Below, one piece after another: positions 1 through 12,354 of a DNA stretch of 64,000 nucleotides; positions within the stretch are counted from its first letter, which is position 1, and each line of letters starts with the position of its first letter. The notes under the pieces are model-generated. The model ran no database searches. It saw only the letters and a list, made by a program, of their open reading frames with translations, and was not told where the DNA came from. The position numbers and the translations under genes are program-made. Source of the DNA: Octopus sinensis (Eukaryota); assembly GCF_006345805.1 (NCBI RefSeq), contig NC_043005.1, positions 44,330,001-44,394,000 of the forward strand. Reading direction: 5' to 3'.

Positions 1-799
1 GTAAATCTTTTATGTAAGGTTGCACAACTGGTTCATTACAATATGTATTTCCTATGCAAAACACATTCTTCAGGTATTTTCCCTCAGCTGTTGTCAGCAC
101 CATCATCATTATCATCAACATACTGTACACTTCTAGTTTTCCATACTAGCATAAATGGACACAGATTTCAAAGAATGATATCAAAACATTATACTGTCTA
201 ACAAACAAGATCCAGGAGTTGATAAACTATTATTATTGGCTTATACTAAAACTTTCAGATAAAGGGTGTTATATATACATGCAACAAAAAGTAATGTATT
301 TACTTGTGGAATGCATAAAAAACAACCCTTTAAGACAACAAGAGAAATCCTTATACAATATTTGTTTTTTATATGTTCTTTCTGTTGCCAATCATTATTT
401 ATTTTTCAAACAAAACATTTTATTTCATTGCTTTTCATAGGATAAAACCAAGCCATAAAATATATTGTTTACTTCTCATGAAAACAACATCACCATTTTT
501 GCTCACATGGAGGCAACATGAAAACACATAATAAGACCCATACATTTATGAAAATGGATTCAGCTGTTCAACCAACATGTGTCTTTGTCTTTCTGTTTGT
601 CCTCCCCCACCACCACCACCACAACTTGACAACCATTGTTGGTGCTTTTTATGTCCATGAAACTTAGTGGTTCAACGAAAGAGACTAAAAGAGTAAGTAC
701 AAGGCTTGAAAACATACAAAATGTACTGGAGTTGATTCCTCAAGTCAGTGGCCCAGTATAGCCACAGTTTAATGACTAAAACAAGTAAAAAATAAAAGA

Positions 800-1865
800 T
801 GTCGCCGTCGTCGTCGTCATTGTTTAACGTACGCTTTCCATGCTGGCATGGGTTGCACAGTTTGACTGAGGACTGGTAAGCCAGATGCTGCACTCAATCT
901 GATCTGGCAAAGTTTCTACAGCTGGATGCCCTTCCTAACGCCAGCCATTCCAAGAGTGTAGTGGGTGCTTTTACATGCCACCAGCATAAGGGCCAGTCAG
1001 GTGGTTCTGGCAACGACCACGCTCAAAAGGAGCCAGTCCGGTGGCACTGGCAACAACCTCTAGTTCTGAAAGTGACTCAGCAATTAGAGCAAGGTCATCA
1101 GCATATAGGCATCCTGTCTTGAATTCCTCTGTTATTGCCTGGAGGACTATGATGAATAAGAGGGGGATGAGGACTGATCCGTGGTGGATCCCTACCTCTT
1201 CTTCACTGTACTCGTTGCCAACCCTCACCTTACTGACAGCATCCCTGCACATGGCTTGCACAGCTCTCACTAACCATTCATCTATCCATAGTTTCCTCAT
1301 TGATCACCAGATAAGGGATCGAAGGACCCTGTCAAAGGTTTTCTCCATGTCAACAAAAGCCAGGTACAGAGGTTTATCCTTGGCTAGGTATTTCTCTTGC
1401 AGCTATCTTACCAGAAATATAGCATCAGTGGTGCTTTTCCTTGGCACAAACCCAAACTGCATCTCAACTAGAATGACTCTCTCCTTAATTAGTTGGGTTG
1501 TGACCCTCTACGTGACCTTCATTACCTGATCCAACAACTTGATATCTCTGTAATTATTTGTATCTAAAGCATCACCTTTACCTTTGTAGCAGTTGACTAT
1601 GGTGCTGCTACACCAGTCATTGGGCATGACTCCTTCATGTATCACCTGGTTAACTATACGGGTGACTAGGTTATAGCCGACACTACCAGATATTTTGAGT
1701 ATCTCTGCAGTGATTCCTGATGGGCTGGGACCTTTCCCTGTTTTCATACCCTTAATTGCTTTATCTACCAAGGTACAGTCAATTCAGATAGCTGATCTCT
1801 CTGTTGGGTCAGCATTCAACAGACTCTCTTTCTCCCATTCATTCTCTTTCCTTCCATTCGATTGT
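800..1865 (-). mobile_element. RTE-clade LINE, 5'-truncated and internally deleted (RT domain fused to 3' UTR)
   Basis: Frames give VDKAIKGMKTGKGP..NYRDIKLLDQVMK, QFGFVPRKSTTDAIF, GIHHGSVLIPLLFIIVLQAI and LYADDLALIAES, then jump directly to the 3' UTR and (GAC/GAT)n tail. Confidence 0.92.
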
Positions 1866-2073
1866 AAATACGCTGCTTCTAAAGATAATTTCAGTCAATT
1901 ATGTATATACAAGCAAGCTGGTCCTACTTTGATTTACAATGTTATAATGGGTTGGACTTTAACAAACTGTAATTAATTGAGCTAATAATTACTGTGGATT
2001 TATTTTTTTATGTTTATACTTCAATTCTCTCTCTTTCCCTCAGTGTGCATGTGTATATGTGTGTGTGTGTATA

Positions 2074-2656
2074 CAGGGTGTGATGGGTAAATTCTTGCCA
2101 TTTTATATGCAAGTACATTGTTTGTTTTTGACTTTCTCAACTACACAGTATAGTAGGGTCAGTTGGGCACTGTCTGTGAGAAAAACAGCACAATGACGCA
2201 ATTCACTCTGCCAGAAATTTCGAAACGACATGCTGTACTGCTTGGCATTAACACCAGAAGCTCTAATACGAGCATTTCAGAGTGTTTGGGTGTCAATCTG
2301 AGGACATATACTAAGAGTGATAAAAATCAAACATCCAGTCAACATTGGTTATTATATGTGGGGCACAGATGAGTGAGAGCCCAACAAAACTCCTGGTAAC
2401 ATCAAAGATGAACTGAATGCAAGGATTATGGCAGCATTCACCAACTTAATCAAGGAGACTGTCCAGAAAAGTTGCAGGAGATTCTGAAGTTGTCAGGAGG
2501 CCATAGTTGAAGCCAATGGCGATTTTATTGAATAAATTTACTCCTTAGTATTTCAAGATATCTTTATGTAATTTTGGTAAATATATGTTAAAATGAAATG
2601 TCAGTGCTATTTTCATTTTTGCATAAGTTAGACAACAGTTTATTCACGGCATCCTG
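2074..2656 (+). mobile_element. Internally deleted Tc1/mariner-type DNA transposon
   Basis: TA-flanked imperfect TIRs (CAGGGTG.. / ..CATCCTG). Transposase N-terminal remnant MTQFTLPEISKRHAVLLGI..ISECLGVNLRT and C-terminal remnant NKTPGNIKDELNARIMAAFTNL..EAIVEANGDFIE*. Confidence 0.8.
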
Positions 2657-2683
2657 TATATATATATATATATATACACACAC

Positions 2684-2764
<81 letters not shown>

Positions 2765-2774
2765 TTATATGCAT

Positions 2775-3245
2775 CATAATCATCATCATTTAATGTCTGT
2801 TTGCCATGCTGGCATGTATTGGACAGTTTGACCAGGCTGGCATGCTGGAAAGCTGCACCAGACTCCAGTCTGGTTTGGCATGGTTTTCTACAGTTGGAAA
2901 CATTTCCTAAAGCCAACCATTCTGAGAGTGTAATGGGTGCTTTTACAGCCACCAGCATGTGTGCACTTGGCTTGATGGGTCCTTCCAAACACACCAAATT
3001 GCCAAAGGTCTTGGTCATTCTAGTCATTACCTATGTGAGGCTCAAAGTTCGAAGATCATGCTTCACCACCTCATCCCCTGTCTTTCTGGGTGTACCTCTA
3101 CCACAGGTTCCCTCCACAGTTAGAGATCGGCACTTCTTTACACAGCTGTCCTCGTCCATAAACACATGACAATACCAGTGCAGTTGTCTCTCTTGCACAT
3201 CACATCTGATGCCTCTTATTCCCAACTTTTCTCTCAAGTTTCTTA
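2775..3245 (-). mobile_element. RTE LINE 3' end
   Basis: LREKLGIRGIRCDVQERQLHWYCHV..GRGTPRKT followed by RTE 3' UTR and (GAT)n tail. Confidence 0.88.
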
Positions 3246-3949
3246 CACACACACACACAAACTGTTTTAAATAATATATGTAACCCTAACTAAATTTCCT
3301 TCATTTGTCCAAACATAAATATATATGTGAATGTCCCCCACAACCACTTGACAACTGGTGCTGGTGTGTTAATGTCCCCATAACTTAGCAGTTCAACAAC
3401 AGAGTCCGATAGAATAAGTACCAGGCTTACAAAAAAAATAAGTATTGGGGTCAGTTTATTCAACTAAAAATTATTCATGGCAGTGCCTCAGCATGGCCAG
3501 TCTAATGACTGAAACAAGTAAGACAAAAGATAAAAGATTTACTTTTACTAGTCTTAGCTCAAAAGCTGTGGGCATGCTGGAGCACCGCCATTATACATAT
3601 ATATATGTATCATAAACAAAGGAATGCAGATATTGGTATAACACTTTTTTAATCAGTGACAATTATTTCAATAATCATTAGAATTTTTAGATCAATCAGC
3701 ATGATGGGTCATACATAGAGAAAATAAGTAAATCGACACAATATTAAATGAAAGTGATACTAACTATCTCTTCAAACTAGATATAATGGTAGCACTGCAA
3801 AAGATACTGATTTTCATAGTAGATTTTAGTTTATTAAATACTATGAAATCAAAAAGACCATAGGAAACAAGGTAATAAATTATAAACAACAGGTTGTCAT
3901 ATTATCAGACAAATTTCATTGTGTGTCTATTAAATATTTTATATCTACT

Positions 3950-5030
3950 AAAGGAAGGAATATTTCACCAATGCCTTAAAGAAAATTCCCAAGTTAAATG
4001 AGGCTACATGAACTGTGAAAGGAGTTGGGGTTGAGCCACATAATATTTCTCTTATGTAAACCTCTTTCTAGCAGTAATTGGGTGTTGTATGGTTAATTTC
4101 AAATTTTTACTTGGTTTCCTGCCATCATAGGATGTATGATGATAATCATTCTAGTACAGCTTATCATATGTATACTTAATATTCCTGCCTTTTAGGTAGT
4201 GAGCTAGCAAAATTGTTAGCATGCCGGGCAAAATGCTTACTGACATTTCATCCATCATCACAATTTAAGTTCAAATTCTCTCGAGGTTGATTTTGTTTTT
4301 CATTCTTTCAGGATCAATCAAATAAATAGCAGTTGAGTACTGGGGTTGATGTAATTGACTTAATCCCTTCCTCAAAATTACTGGCTTTGTGCCAAAATTT
4401 GAAATCAATTTCTTACAGGTTGGGGCTTATTATTTATGTTATCCAGGTTCACCTTAGCACTTCTAAGGGAAACTGGAGTATAATTCCTGTTATTGTCTGT
4501 AAGGAGTATTGTATCCTTGTACTACTTTTGATTATTTAAGATAGTAGTTTGTCCAGATGTGAGCTTGTGATTATAATAATATTCTGGCCCTTGTTAGTAT
4601 TATCGTAAAAGCAAAATTTTCCATATTAGTTGTATTACAATGTGCATACACTTGTAAACATAGCCTGGTAATCCTTACACATTTATTAAGTACTGTTGTC
4701 TAGGATTTGCCAAATCATTTTGGTATACCTAATCCTTGCTAAAGCTGCATTATGATAATTTGCATTTTGAGAGGAATTCTCATTAGCAGAAAGTTTGGAT
4801 ATAGTAAACGAAATACTTTTAATGATGAGCTTAATGACATTGGGCTAACTTAGCAAGAGTCTAAAATTCATTAACAAAAATTCCAACCAACCTAGAGTAG
4901 TAATTAATTCCCACCTGGCTTGTCATTATTTGTGGTCATAGCTATTTATAAGAGATTTAACATTGGGGAACTAATGGGACAATCTGTTACTATAATCTCC
5001 TTACTTATTAACAATAAGATAAACTAAGAA
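3950..5030 (-). mobile_element. Decayed Penelope-like fragments (about 3950-4120 and 4500-5030), interrupted by a SINE
   Basis: Remnant motifs SKLSANEN..RIRY and RNIMWLNP, matching the PLE RT C-terminus and WFNP region seen at 7700-8990. Confidence 0.55.
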
Positions 5031-5470
5031 TCAACATCCTTCAAAAATCAAGCAGACAAATTTAAGAGACAAAATTATGCATTTATGGTGCCAACAATTT
5101 TCGGTAAAAGTTATGACAGGAAAACAATTAGCCTCAGAATATAAATACATGCAAACGATAGATTGCTATAAAAATTAAAACATTATATCAAACTTAAAAA
5201 TGAATGCACTGAAAATGTTGGCACTTTTTAAACCACTGGTTTAAAAAAAAAGTGTTCATGGTGCATTTGAATGCATTTGAACACAATGTAAGAAATATAT
5301 ATACACACAGAGGTGCAAATGAGTTCATGTGTGCATATGTGTATACGTATGTATATATGTTTGTGTGTATTTATGCACCTTTAAAATTCTAAAAATGTCC
5401 TTCCACATATTGTATTACATCTATAACTCACTCTCTTAATAATTTTAAACATGTTTCTTTTTTCACTCAC

Positions 5471-5544
5471 CATGTTATCCTTTCTGTTATGGTAACCCCA
5501 AGTAAAAGTTTCATATTTATTTGTATCTCTGCAAGCTCTTGTGG
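5471..5544 (-). CDS. Candidate coding exon of an unidentified gene (74 nt, phase 1 to 0)
   Basis: Acceptor atcttttctttattag, donor ATG|gtgagt. In phase with the 6731-6831 exon: (T)TRACRDTNKYETFTWGYHNRKDNM. Confidence 0.65.
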
Positions 5545-6099
5545 CTAATAAAGAAAAGATTTTCATTATTGTCCATGGTGTTGCTGTTGCTGTTGTTGTT
5601 GTTATTATTATTATTATTGAATTATTGGTATTTTTATAACTGTTAAATTAATTAAATTATGTTGTTTTGCTTTGTTTTGTTTTGTTTTTTTTTCTTGAAC
5701 ATTTGAGAGAAAATGTTAAGAATTCCTAAAATAGAGAAAATTAATTGCCGGCTTTTCTAATATTAACATTGTCAAAACAAAATCAATGTTTCTTAGGTAA
5801 AGAAAATTTTTACTAAGTGCTGCAGAGTTAAATATTGTTTGTGAATTTCTATGAATATACATTTGCATTATACCATTTCTTTTTAATTTATACCTTAAGT
5901 TGTTTATAGTTGATTTAGAGTTTAAGAAAAAAGCAAGTTTATTTGAATCTTGATAAAATCAGAAAGTTATCTTTTTTTTTTTTTTCACTACATTCCCTCA
6001 GGCAGAAACATTAATTATAATACAATGAAAAAATGCAAGCAGCTGCTTTTCTAAGCCATAGGAAATGAAATATTGGCTCTACATCAAATACTGATAGGG

Positions 6100-6137
<38 letters not shown>

Positions 6138-6730
6138 TGGAAACAATTTTTACAATAGAACAAAGCTGGTTTTAGGGGTGTCATTTTATTATTTAATATT
6201 AATGTAATAACATTGATAACCTACACAAAATTCAGCAAGTTCATGCCTTCTAAGTACTTAAAACCAGATTCAGAGTAGATTTCACTAAATCTGCAGTTAA
6301 ATTTATGACTTCTCATTAAAAGCAGTCTATCCTAAATATTTTCTTCTCTTATTTGTAAATATACATTACTGTTAATACTGCAATGGTTCTAATGTGTGTC
6401 AGCTGTGGAAATCTATTATAGTGTTTAATTAAACTAAATCTTGCTTCTTTTATTGATTACTATATATATTTCTTAACAAATTTTCACAACTTCGGAGCAT
6501 AAATTTTTCTTTTACACCTGTTCCACTCTCAACACAAACACATTACTTCTGGTCCAATCTTTTGCTAATCTGGCATCGTTTCTTAGCTTATTCAGCTGCT
6601 AAGTTCCTCAAATCCATTGTACTTTTACTACAAATTCGCCAAATCTACTATTCTTTTATCACTGCCAGACCTACATGTGTAGAAAACTGATATCCTAAGC
6701 AATGTATACCATCACCAACTTTTAACTTAC

Positions 6731-6831
6731 TCAAATACATCAATACTTTATTTATTTGTAACATGCATTTGTGAACAATAGCGTCATTATTTTCAAACAG
6801 GTCAATCTGTGGTTCACTGCTTTTCTGATGA
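6731..6831 (-). CDS. Candidate coding exon of an unidentified gene (101 nt, phase 2 to 1)
   Basis: Acceptor cttttgtctctccccctgtcag, donor TTGA|gtaagt. Only open frame: HQKSSEPQIDLFENNDAIVHKCMLQINKVLMYL. Confidence 0.65.
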
Positions 6832-6952
6832 CTGACAGGGGGAGAGACAAAAGAGGGTAGAAAGTAGCTTTTCAACAAGAGCAGAATACTAAGAGCTACC
6901 TTTTGCTGATATGTATATTTTCCTGACAATATACACACATCTCTCTCTCTCA

Positions 6953-6999
<47 letters not shown>

Positions 7000-7107
7000 A
7001 AGCAATTATAGACATACATACACAAGACACACACAAATATATATGTATATATGCATATAAGTATATGTATGTGTGTGTGCATAGATAGAGTGATAGATAG
7101 ATATACA

Positions 7108-7425
7108 CAGTGGTGGACTGGTCTCAAAATATTGATCGCCAGGCAACTAAGGGTCTCCATGCGCAACTACAAGGGGCCCCACCTGCAACTACAATGCTAT
7201 CATTTAATTTTTGAATTGTTTTGTTAAAAGTATTCTTTTCAACTGTTTACAAACATAGCCAGGCAGAAATAATTAATGCATTCTTCCAGGAGTGAATAAA
7301 AAAAATTCTCAAACTTGAGTGGATGGGTTCCTTAGATACTAACATGGACCTCCATATATGGATTGTAATGGCACAGGGGCCCACTTGCCATTGGGCAAGC
7401 TGGCAACCTGACTGGTCTGCCACTG
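7108..7425. mobile_element. hAT-type MITE
   Basis: TIRs CAGTGGTGGACTGGTC / GACTGGTCTGCCACTG with perfect 8-bp TSD GATATACA on both sides. Confidence 0.85.
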
Positions 7426-7699
7426 GATATACACATATGTACGTATGTATGTATGTATGTATCAAATAATGAAGGATCCATGAAATCCAGGCAAATGCCT
7501 CAGTCAGCACTCAGTTCAGAAAAAATGACAGTAATAATATAATAATTTTATATAATTTAATTTAAGTTAACTAAATAAAATATTAAAAAAAGGTTTTAAT
7601 AAACTGGCATGAACAATCAATTAATAACTCATTATATTTAGTAATTAGTCCAGACTTACAACTTAGGATTTCAAGTGCTTCCGTGAAACATGAATTACA

Positions 7700-8360
7700 A
7701 TCATCCTACCCACTTTGTACAGAGGTGCAAAATGTATAATTGACCCTGAACCAAAGTAATTACTATTTCTATAATTAATGTCCCAAATATATTTTATTAT
7801 TAATTTATTAAATAACTCATGCTTATTATTGAAAGAATGTCTGTGATTATTCCATCTAGATTTGAATTCTCAAACTGTAACACTGATATAGTAACATACT
7901 TTATTGGGTGTCTGAACAGAATATTTATATACTAAATTTTTCTTGAGGCACTATTTACACAAAATACATTTATATCAATCCCTACAGTCACAGTTACTCT
8001 TAGGTTTATTATCAAGTAAAGAATCATTAGTTGTACCATTACTAAAATTATAGATTGGAAGAGGCACAGAATCAGTAGTAACATTCATGTTTGATCAAGA
8101 TACATTACTAACAGAGGAGCTACTGTAATAATCAGAATAACTTGCATGGTTTTTCATTTTGCTTAATTCCTTATCTTTAATACTGGTTATATTATCATCT
8201 AAATTAGGTGTGGTAGGGTTTGGAAATTTAACAGTGTGCCAATTGAATAACTTACAATATTGACTAGGAGGAAAATGCCAGTCCAATGCTTGGAAGAAAA
8301 CTACAGGCTTATCCATGGTTACCTGATGTGTGAAAAGAGGGTTAAACCACAAAATATTCC
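7700..8360 (-). mobile_element. Penelope-like retroelement fragment with GIY-YIG endonuclease
   Basis: WFNPLF..LDWHFP..KLFNWHTVK..TTPNL, then KSNCDCRD..CLKKNLVYKYSV..YYISVT..EFKSRWNNHRHSF. Confidence 0.85.
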
Positions 8361-8399
8361 ACTTGCATAATCTACATGTTCCTTTATTGCTATTCCATT

Positions 8400-8990
8400 T
8401 TAGAATTAGGTTTCTATTTACTGTTATATGAAGTGATTATGATTGTCACTAAATTTTGTGTTCATATGCTTAATCCTACTACTTCTATAAGCTATAACAC
8501 AGTCATTCGAATTACAAGGTTTGGGATATTGGTTTTGGAGAAAGGTTTTAAGGGTATTTGGATTCTTTATACCCTTAACTAGAGAGATGCTCCCATTAAT
8601 ACTGCTAGGGATTATTGTTCCCACATTTGGCTGACTACAATTCCTGCTCAATCTCAATGCATGCTTGACCTTGTGATTAAAAGCATTGTAGCCAGATGAT
8701 TGTTATTGTCACTTTGTCATACACTAGGGGATACAACCAACAATCCTTAGATGGAACAATACGTTTGTCATTAGAAATTTATTCAATTTTACCAGTGTAT
8801 CTGACTTTAGTTTAAGTTGTATTGCAGTAATTGGTATTCAGAGCAAAAATATTTCCTCATTGGCAGAAAGTCTAGATGTTCTAGATGTGATGCTCCTAAT
8901 TATAGCAGCATCAACAATGATTTGAGTTTCTCTATCCCCATGAGTCCATAATTTATCGTCAGTTTTAATAATTGTTCTCTTAACTGCTAG
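8400..8990 (-). mobile_element. Second, tandem Penelope-like fragment (RT C-terminus to start of EN)
   Basis: SRLSANEEIF, IIW(Y)N..FNHKVK, RLSRNCSQPNVGTIIPSSIN and CVIAY, with frameshifts. Confidence 0.65.
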
Positions 8991-9249
8991 AATCGACATC
9001 GTCTAGACAGATGGGAGCTGTTTACAGCAAAAATAAGGGCTTAATTAAGTGGAATAGGGGTTATAGATGAGAAATAACAAAAACTATCAATCTGCATAAA
9101 TTTAATATTTTCTTTATTTTTCCAAGCCTTTAAACTAGTTAATAACTTCAATGGTATTGGATTATAAACTAAGTTGAATTTTGATTGAAAGTACTAGAAG
9201 TTAATAACTTGTCAAACCCAGAGCCACATGGCTGCAAAGTGAATTTATT

Positions 9250-10067
9250 AACCCTTTCGTTACTGTATTTATTTTGAGATGCTCTGTGTTTCTTTCAATT
9301 ATTTTAGATATAACAAAGAATTTATCAAAATAACTTAGTTATTAACCATGCTCATTAGCGTCCAAACATTTATAAAAATGATGGAAACAACCACTGTAGC
9401 TTGAAAATTAATCTTATCTCCTACAGGATGGATACAAAGTAATCTGAAACTGTTTAGATGAACAAGTTTTTTTTTTCTCTAAACACTGAGTGAGAAGGGA
9501 TATTGCCAAAGACTCTTACTGAGTAAGAAGGGGTATTGCCAAAGACTCTTACAAACCCTTCAAATCTAACCCTTTTGTTACTGTATTTATTTTGAGATGC
9601 TCTGTGTTTCTTTCAATTATTTTAGATATAACAAAGAATTTATCAAAATAACTTAGTTATCATTCAGCTAGTGTTAGGAACATAAATTGTGACTAAGATT
9701 TGGTGGAAGATTTTAATTCAAAACTTACAAAAATAAGACATTTGTACTCAGATCCAGAGCCGGTTTCAGGCAGATTAGTAATGAAAGAGTTAATCACCTA
9801 ACTATCCACAAACTCAATCAAGGAATATTGGATTATGGAAACATATTCTGCATTCCAAGATGAAGAGAGATTTCTTAACCATGCTCATTAGAGTCCAAAC
9901 ATTTATAAAAATGATGGAAACAACCATTGTAGCTTGAAAATTAATCTCATTCCCTACAGAATGGATACAAAGTAATCTGAAACTATTTAGATGAACAAGT
10001 TTTTTTTTCTCTAAACACTGAGTGAGAAGGGGTATTGCCAAAGACTCTTACAGACCCTTCAAATCTA
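9250..10067. repeat. Local tandem duplication containing a piggyBac-type MITE (ends CCCTTT..AAAGAG, TTAA flanks visible at 9247 and 9789)
   Basis: Copy 2 is 9568-10067. Copy 1 (9250-9567) is nearly identical but lacks about 215 bp and carries an internal repeat of about 30 bp. Confidence 0.85.
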
Positions 10068-10079
10068 GCAAGGTTGATG

Positions 10080-11290
10080 CCATTAATGTTCCATTTAAAC
10101 TCTTGCAGATCAACATCTGCGGGAAAGACATGAGCAGGGTGATTACAAAAGCCAATGTCCTAAAGGGAACAGACTCTGGATATAGGGGTTAGTTCTGGAC
10201 TGGAGGGGTTGGATGATGCAACAAAGATGATGGGAAGAGGAGAAATGAATGGGCTGGGGTGCCTGAGTGGAGGGGATATGAGACCAAAAGGTTCTGAGTA
10301 GTAGAAGCCATTATAGGAGCAATAGGAAAGATAGCTAGATATAGACAAAGAGATAAACAGAGAGACAGAGAGGACACACTATGCCTCCAGAGGTTGGAGT
10401 ATGTCTGTTAGTGACTAAATGCCAGTCAGCTGAGCACCCCTTCACCAGATGAGGTCCAGAAGATGTGTGCATGTGTGCAGCAGCAGTACCCTCCCAGACA
10501 TGAGTTCAGTATCCCTTCTTCGCCTCATTTGAGCTTTCTAGAGTGTCAACAGCTATTAAGGGCAGAAATATTTTCTGGCCCTGAAAAGAAGGGCTTGTTT
10601 TTGAGATACAATCCTAGTTATGCTACAGAAGCACTTTGCAAAGAGCGATCCTGAGTGATTATGAAACCAGCATTTGGAGTGAGTGTAAGGACTCTGAGTG
10701 CTGCACATGTTTACACAAGGTGTAGTGTGATGATGTTTCTTCAATAAGAGAAGTACTTTAGTTTTCTTTTTCTGTTAAAAGAGCTAAAGTAGGAATGGCC
10801 TCAGTGAGAATGCCCTCAAAGTTACTGTTTATGGAATCAATACAGGTTTCGCATATAGTGTGTGGATGACATAGGGTAAGTTAAGGAGGAATGAAGGATC
10901 AAGTTCACTGTATAAGAGTGGGTGTTGCTGCATGTGGCAGCAAGTAAGGTCATTGATAATAGTGGGTAGGATAACACCAAAGAAGAAAGTGGTGGTATAA
11001 AACCCAAACTTTGTGTAGTTCCAGAGTTGACTGAATGTGGAGCAGAAAGAACTCCATCAATATATACCACAAAGGTATGACTTAATTGGAAGTTATGGCT
11101 CCAAGAGATCAGAAATGAGTGGAGCTCATAGATGGGAAGTTTGAAAAGAAATTTGCATGCCAGACATGGTCATAGGCTTTGTTGCTGTCTAGAACAACAA
11201 TATTGCTACCACTGAAATTCTGTTCAGCAAGAGCCAAATGATGAGTGACCTAAGAGAGTATGTTTATGGTGAACCTGGCCATGCAGAAGC
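10080..11290 (-). mobile_element. Decayed non-LTR retrotransposon RT (CR1/L2/I-Jockey group)
   Basis: VVYIDGVLSAPHSVNSGTTQ (compare V.DG.LS..VNSGVPQG) and a QLLTL.KAQ motif downstream; many stops. Confidence 0.65.
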
Positions 11291-11329
11291 CATACTGGTG
11301 TGTGTGTGTGTGTATGTGCATGCGTGCAT

Positions 11330-11572
11330 GTGTGAGAGAGAGAAGGGTGAGGGAGAGAGACGGGAGAGGGAGAGAGAGAAGAGAGAAGGAGAGAGAAGGG
11401 AGAGGGAGAGAGAGAAGGTAGAGGGAGAGAGAGAAGAGAGAGGAGAGAAGGGAGAGAGAGAGAAAGGAGAGGGAGAGGGAGCGAGAGAAGGGAGAGGGAG
11501 AGAGAAAGGAGAGGGAGAGAGAGAAGGGAGAGGGAGAGAGAGAAGGAAGAAGGAGAGAGAGATAGAGAGAGT
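11330..11572. repeat. Purine-rich (GA/GGA)n tract
   Basis: About 240 bp almost exclusively G/A on the + strand. Confidence 0.95.
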
Positions 11573-11900
11573 TTCAAAGTGCTGGAGAATGTCAATATCT
11601 TGGAGATTTTAGAAGAAAAAGCAATAAGGAAGTTAAAGCCTAATGGAATCAAATTTAATAAAGTCTTTGACAAAGTGGCATGTGGAATATTTTCCCAAAC
11701 TCTCTTCTAACATATTTCCAACCAAAAGTAATAAACATTCAGACATGAAACTTTATCAGCTGTACAATATTTGTTTGCCTTTACCTGAATCCAGTATTGA
11801 CAGATACAGAATCTGTAAACAGATACACTAAGGTTCAACAATCTTTGTACTATGAAAAATGAAAGGCATACAAGTTATAAGTATTACTCACAACTTGTGT

Positions 11901-12061
11901 AGGCGCAGGTGTGGCTGTGTGGTAAGCAGCTTGCTTCCCAACCATATGGTTCCAGGTTCAGTCCCACTGCATGGCACTTTGGGCAAGTGTTTTCTACTAT
12001 AGTCTTGGGCTTACCGACTCCTGTGAGTAGATATGGTAAATGGAAGCTGAAAGAAACCTAT

Positions 12062-12134
<73 letters not shown>

Positions 12135-12354
12135 CATATATCTTTGTATGTGTCTTTGTGTCTGTGTTTCTTCCCTGCCATCACTTAACAACAAATGTTG
12201 GTGTTCACGTCTTCATAACTTAGCATTTCACAAAAGACCAATAGAATAAAAAAAATAATAAGTACTGGGGTGAATTCATTTGACTAAAAAGTCTTCAAGG
12301 CAGTGCCCCAGCATGGCCACAGACTAATGACTGAAGCAAGTAAAAGATAAAAGA
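11901..12354 (+). mobile_element. tRNA-derived SINE, family 1, full length with central TG/TA microsatellite
   Basis: Head GTGGCTGTGTGGTAAG..GGTTCAGTCCC (A/B-box-like), tail GAAGCAAGTAAAAGA. Many related copies in the window. Confidence 0.88.

Noticed and set aside
6648-7166. 172-aa ORF taken as a whole gene
   Set aside because: It runs through (GA)n and (TA)n microsatellites and a MITE; only 6731-6831 looks like a real exon.
8424-8700. Initially read as a gag-like zinc-knuckle LINE ORF1
   Set aside because: The flanking RLSANEEIF and WFNP-like motifs fit Penelope RT/EN better.
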